Assembly: GCA_964188305.1 (NCBI GenBank)
Contig: OZ076888.1
Reading direction: 5' to 3' (one strand)
Length of the DNA: 64,000 nucleotides
From: Podarcis bocagei
Lineage: Eukaryota
Shown here: in pieces, positions 61,550 to 64,000 of the stretch
Layout: each line of letters opens with the position of its first letter
Position numbering within the stretch: position 1 is the first letter of the stretch
Notes under the pieces: model-generated
Told to the model about the DNA's origin: nothing
The model's input: only the letters and a program-made list of their open reading frames with translations
Database searches by the model: none
Made by a program: the position numbers and the translations under genes

Positions 61550-64000
61550 ACACACTTGCAGAGAACATTTTATTACAAGTTACATAGTATGGTACGATAA
61601 CACAATATGTAATTTTGAGCAAGAATATGTATTTTACCTTTTGAATAGAGGAAGTGTAGGAATTAAAATTTGTCAGCGTTTTAGGAAAAATACTCCGTTC
61701 ATTTATATAGAACATTTAATTTAGTTTCATTTTTTCAGCTCCAAAATGGTTTCCCAGCACCTCTTTTTCCACCTTGATACCTGTATAATGTAGCTTTTGT
61801 GTTACTTGGCAACAAGCAAAATACTGTTTTTGTAGATTTGTATGTAAATGGAAACCCATGAGAATATGGGCTATTTCTGTAACACAGAGATCAAATGCTA
61901 AGAATATCAGAGAGCTGTTTGTTTAAAATATGTGTAGTTGTACACTATCCTTATTTTGGCCCGGGTACGAAAACACTTAAACTTGTTAAGGGCTGTAAAC
62001 CAGCAGATATTTACCATACATACCAGAAAATTACACACTTTTTCGTTGTGCATTTCTTGCAGCTAACAATCTTTAAGCCCAAAACCTGGTTTTGTGTTGG
62101 TGGGGTTGGGTGAGGCAAAGGGGCAGTGAAGGCTGCTGGAGGGGGAGGGGAATGGAGAAAGCGCACATATGCATGTGCAGTTTTCAGCAAGCACATTTAT
62201 AACTTGTGAGATAGTGACTGTAGAGCTTGGACTATTGACCCAATTTATTGTTGTTTGAGGGGATGAATGCATATAGCTGGGCTTCTGTCACTGTCATGGA
62301 ACGGTAACTACCTGCCTTGCATGGCAAACTATATTTTAGATTTGGGGGGGATTTTAAAATGTGTTTTGGGGTGTATTATGGGTTATAGTGTCAGCGGAAG
62401 TAAACAGAAGTCTCTACGTGTGCAGACTTCCCTTTTGCACTTCTCTGGATCAAGGTAATGGCCATGATCCTCTTTAAGACCATGCATCAATGGTCATAAC
62501 AACTGAGCTGCTCTGTATGTGAAGATGTTTGCAGTATCATAATAAACATCTTAGTTTAATATACATATGCTTATATTTGAGGATTTTGTTTTCATAAAAA
62601 TAATATATTTTATGTTCTGAGATATTTGGAATTCTAAAATATTTATGGTGGGATCTTTTGTAAACAGGTTTTGAACTTTAATTAAAAACATTATAAAATA
62701 CATTGTTTCATTCTCCCCCGTCCAACATAAAACAATTGCACTTTCCATCATGGCACGGAAATGCCTTTCTCATCCTTCAGCTTTCGCAAAAAAATATTTT
62801 GGAATATGTACAATGATTTGTAGCCCTCTTGGAATTTTACTGGAAAGGTGTGAATTTTTCGTTAAAGCATAAATAGGAAGTACTGTTTGAAGCTGACCAT
62901 AACAATCGCATACTGCATTTCCATAACTCATTAAGTGAAGCGTTTATCTTCCCCCTGAAAATGACCAAATTGCTTTTTTGGGGATACATATAAAATTGGC
63001 AATATTTAAATAATGACTTTGAGATTGAAGTAAGTGGAATATAGCATGTCACACACTTGTTTCTCCTTTTTTGTGTGGAATTCTACCAGTAAAATTATTT
63101 CCCCTTTTTGTTGCTTCCCAGTACTGAAAAAATGCTTGTTCAAGACATGAAATTGTAGACCTAATACCTTGCATATACCCTGTTGAAAATTAAACTAGAA
63201 AGGATCTGAGAAGTCTGACTTAATCCTAAAGTTTACAAGGAAAGTCATTATAACATACTTTTTTCCTCTTGAGACACGATTTAAAAATATGGGGGAAAAT
63301 CAGGATACAACACAACCAAATTTAAGAACTTCCTTATTGTATTGATATTGGTGAGAATTTAGTATTCGGCTTCCTCCTCTTGAAATTCGTGGGTAATAAA
63401 GAAAGCGGATGGCTCATGCCCAAGGTTTACAGTTGAGGGTGAATTTTAAATGTTACTCTTAAGGTTACCAGTTTTTCCCCCCAATGAATCCCGGGACACT
63501 TTTAAACTTCAATGGATTTTGTATGGGGACTGATTTGTAAATCCGTAACCTTATCTTAAAGTTGTCTGTTTTCACATTTTCATTCAAGGTTTTGATCTGT
63601 TAATACTGAACGAAATATGGAGGTCAGGATGGTTGGCTGTCTTTCTTGAATGCGCAACTAAATAAAATTGCCAGGCTCTTGTGAACTTTTAAAAAGCACA
63701 ACACATTATAAAATTTCTGGCACAGTGTGTCAATAGTGTATAGTGTTTTTCAAGACTGAATTACAAAAGAGTATTAAATTGTGGCAGCTGCCAATGATCT
63801 GTTACTTTAATGTTATCCATCTCTTCTCCTCCCCCCCTCCCAAAATATGGTGCCAAGAATATATAATTTTAGCTGTTGGGTACCAACAGATTAAAAATGA
63901 TATCTAAGAGAGCTAAGAGCCCCTAGCTTTGACCCTGTCAACTTTTCAGTGATTAAAGGCATGTCCTGACTTTGGGTGGCTTTTCATTGCTCCCCATATA
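61550..64000 (-). other. INSYN2A: Probable 3' UTR of the nested antisense gene INSYN2A/FAM196A (coding part presumably beyond the window)
   Basis: Synteny recalled from mammals (INSYN2A lies antisense in the intron after this DOCK1 exon). AT-rich stretch with no repeats I recognise; minus-strand AATAAA at 61569-61574 followed by GTGTGT. No CDS seen, so the call is inferred. Confidence 0.45.

Overview
Vertebrate (squamate, most likely lacertid lizard, judging by Podarcis-type Sauria SINEs) genomic DNA from the middle of DOCK1 (DOCK180, Rac GEF) on the + strand. I can trace 20 GT-AG coding exons (323-52756) that splice into one stop-free 2229-nt (743-codon) frame. By my recollection of the human gene model they correspond to exons 8-27, covering the DHR-1/C2 domain and the start of the ARM region. 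After exon 27 the window enters the large intron that hosts the antisense nested gene INSYN2A/FAM196A in mammals; the last ~3 kb looks like its 3' UTR, but no INSYN2A coding sequence is visible. Introns carry Sauria and Squam3-like SINEs, L2/CR1 fragments, Tc1/mariner and hAT MITEs, a TG..CA solo-LTR-like element with a 5-bp TSD, microsatellites and one 154-N gap. Best leads: (1) an HDV-like self-cleaving ribozyme fold with an L3-inserted hairpin heading an ORF-less retroposon (5198-5327, minus); (2) a candidate in-frame 18-nt microexon in intron 23; (3) a candidate poison exon in intron 16; (4) an Arg-rich ORF running through the solo LTR; (5) an inverted CR1 pair around exon 27; (6) a MITE carrying NRF1 and ETS motifs. 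Repeat family names and human comparisons come from memory, not from database searches.
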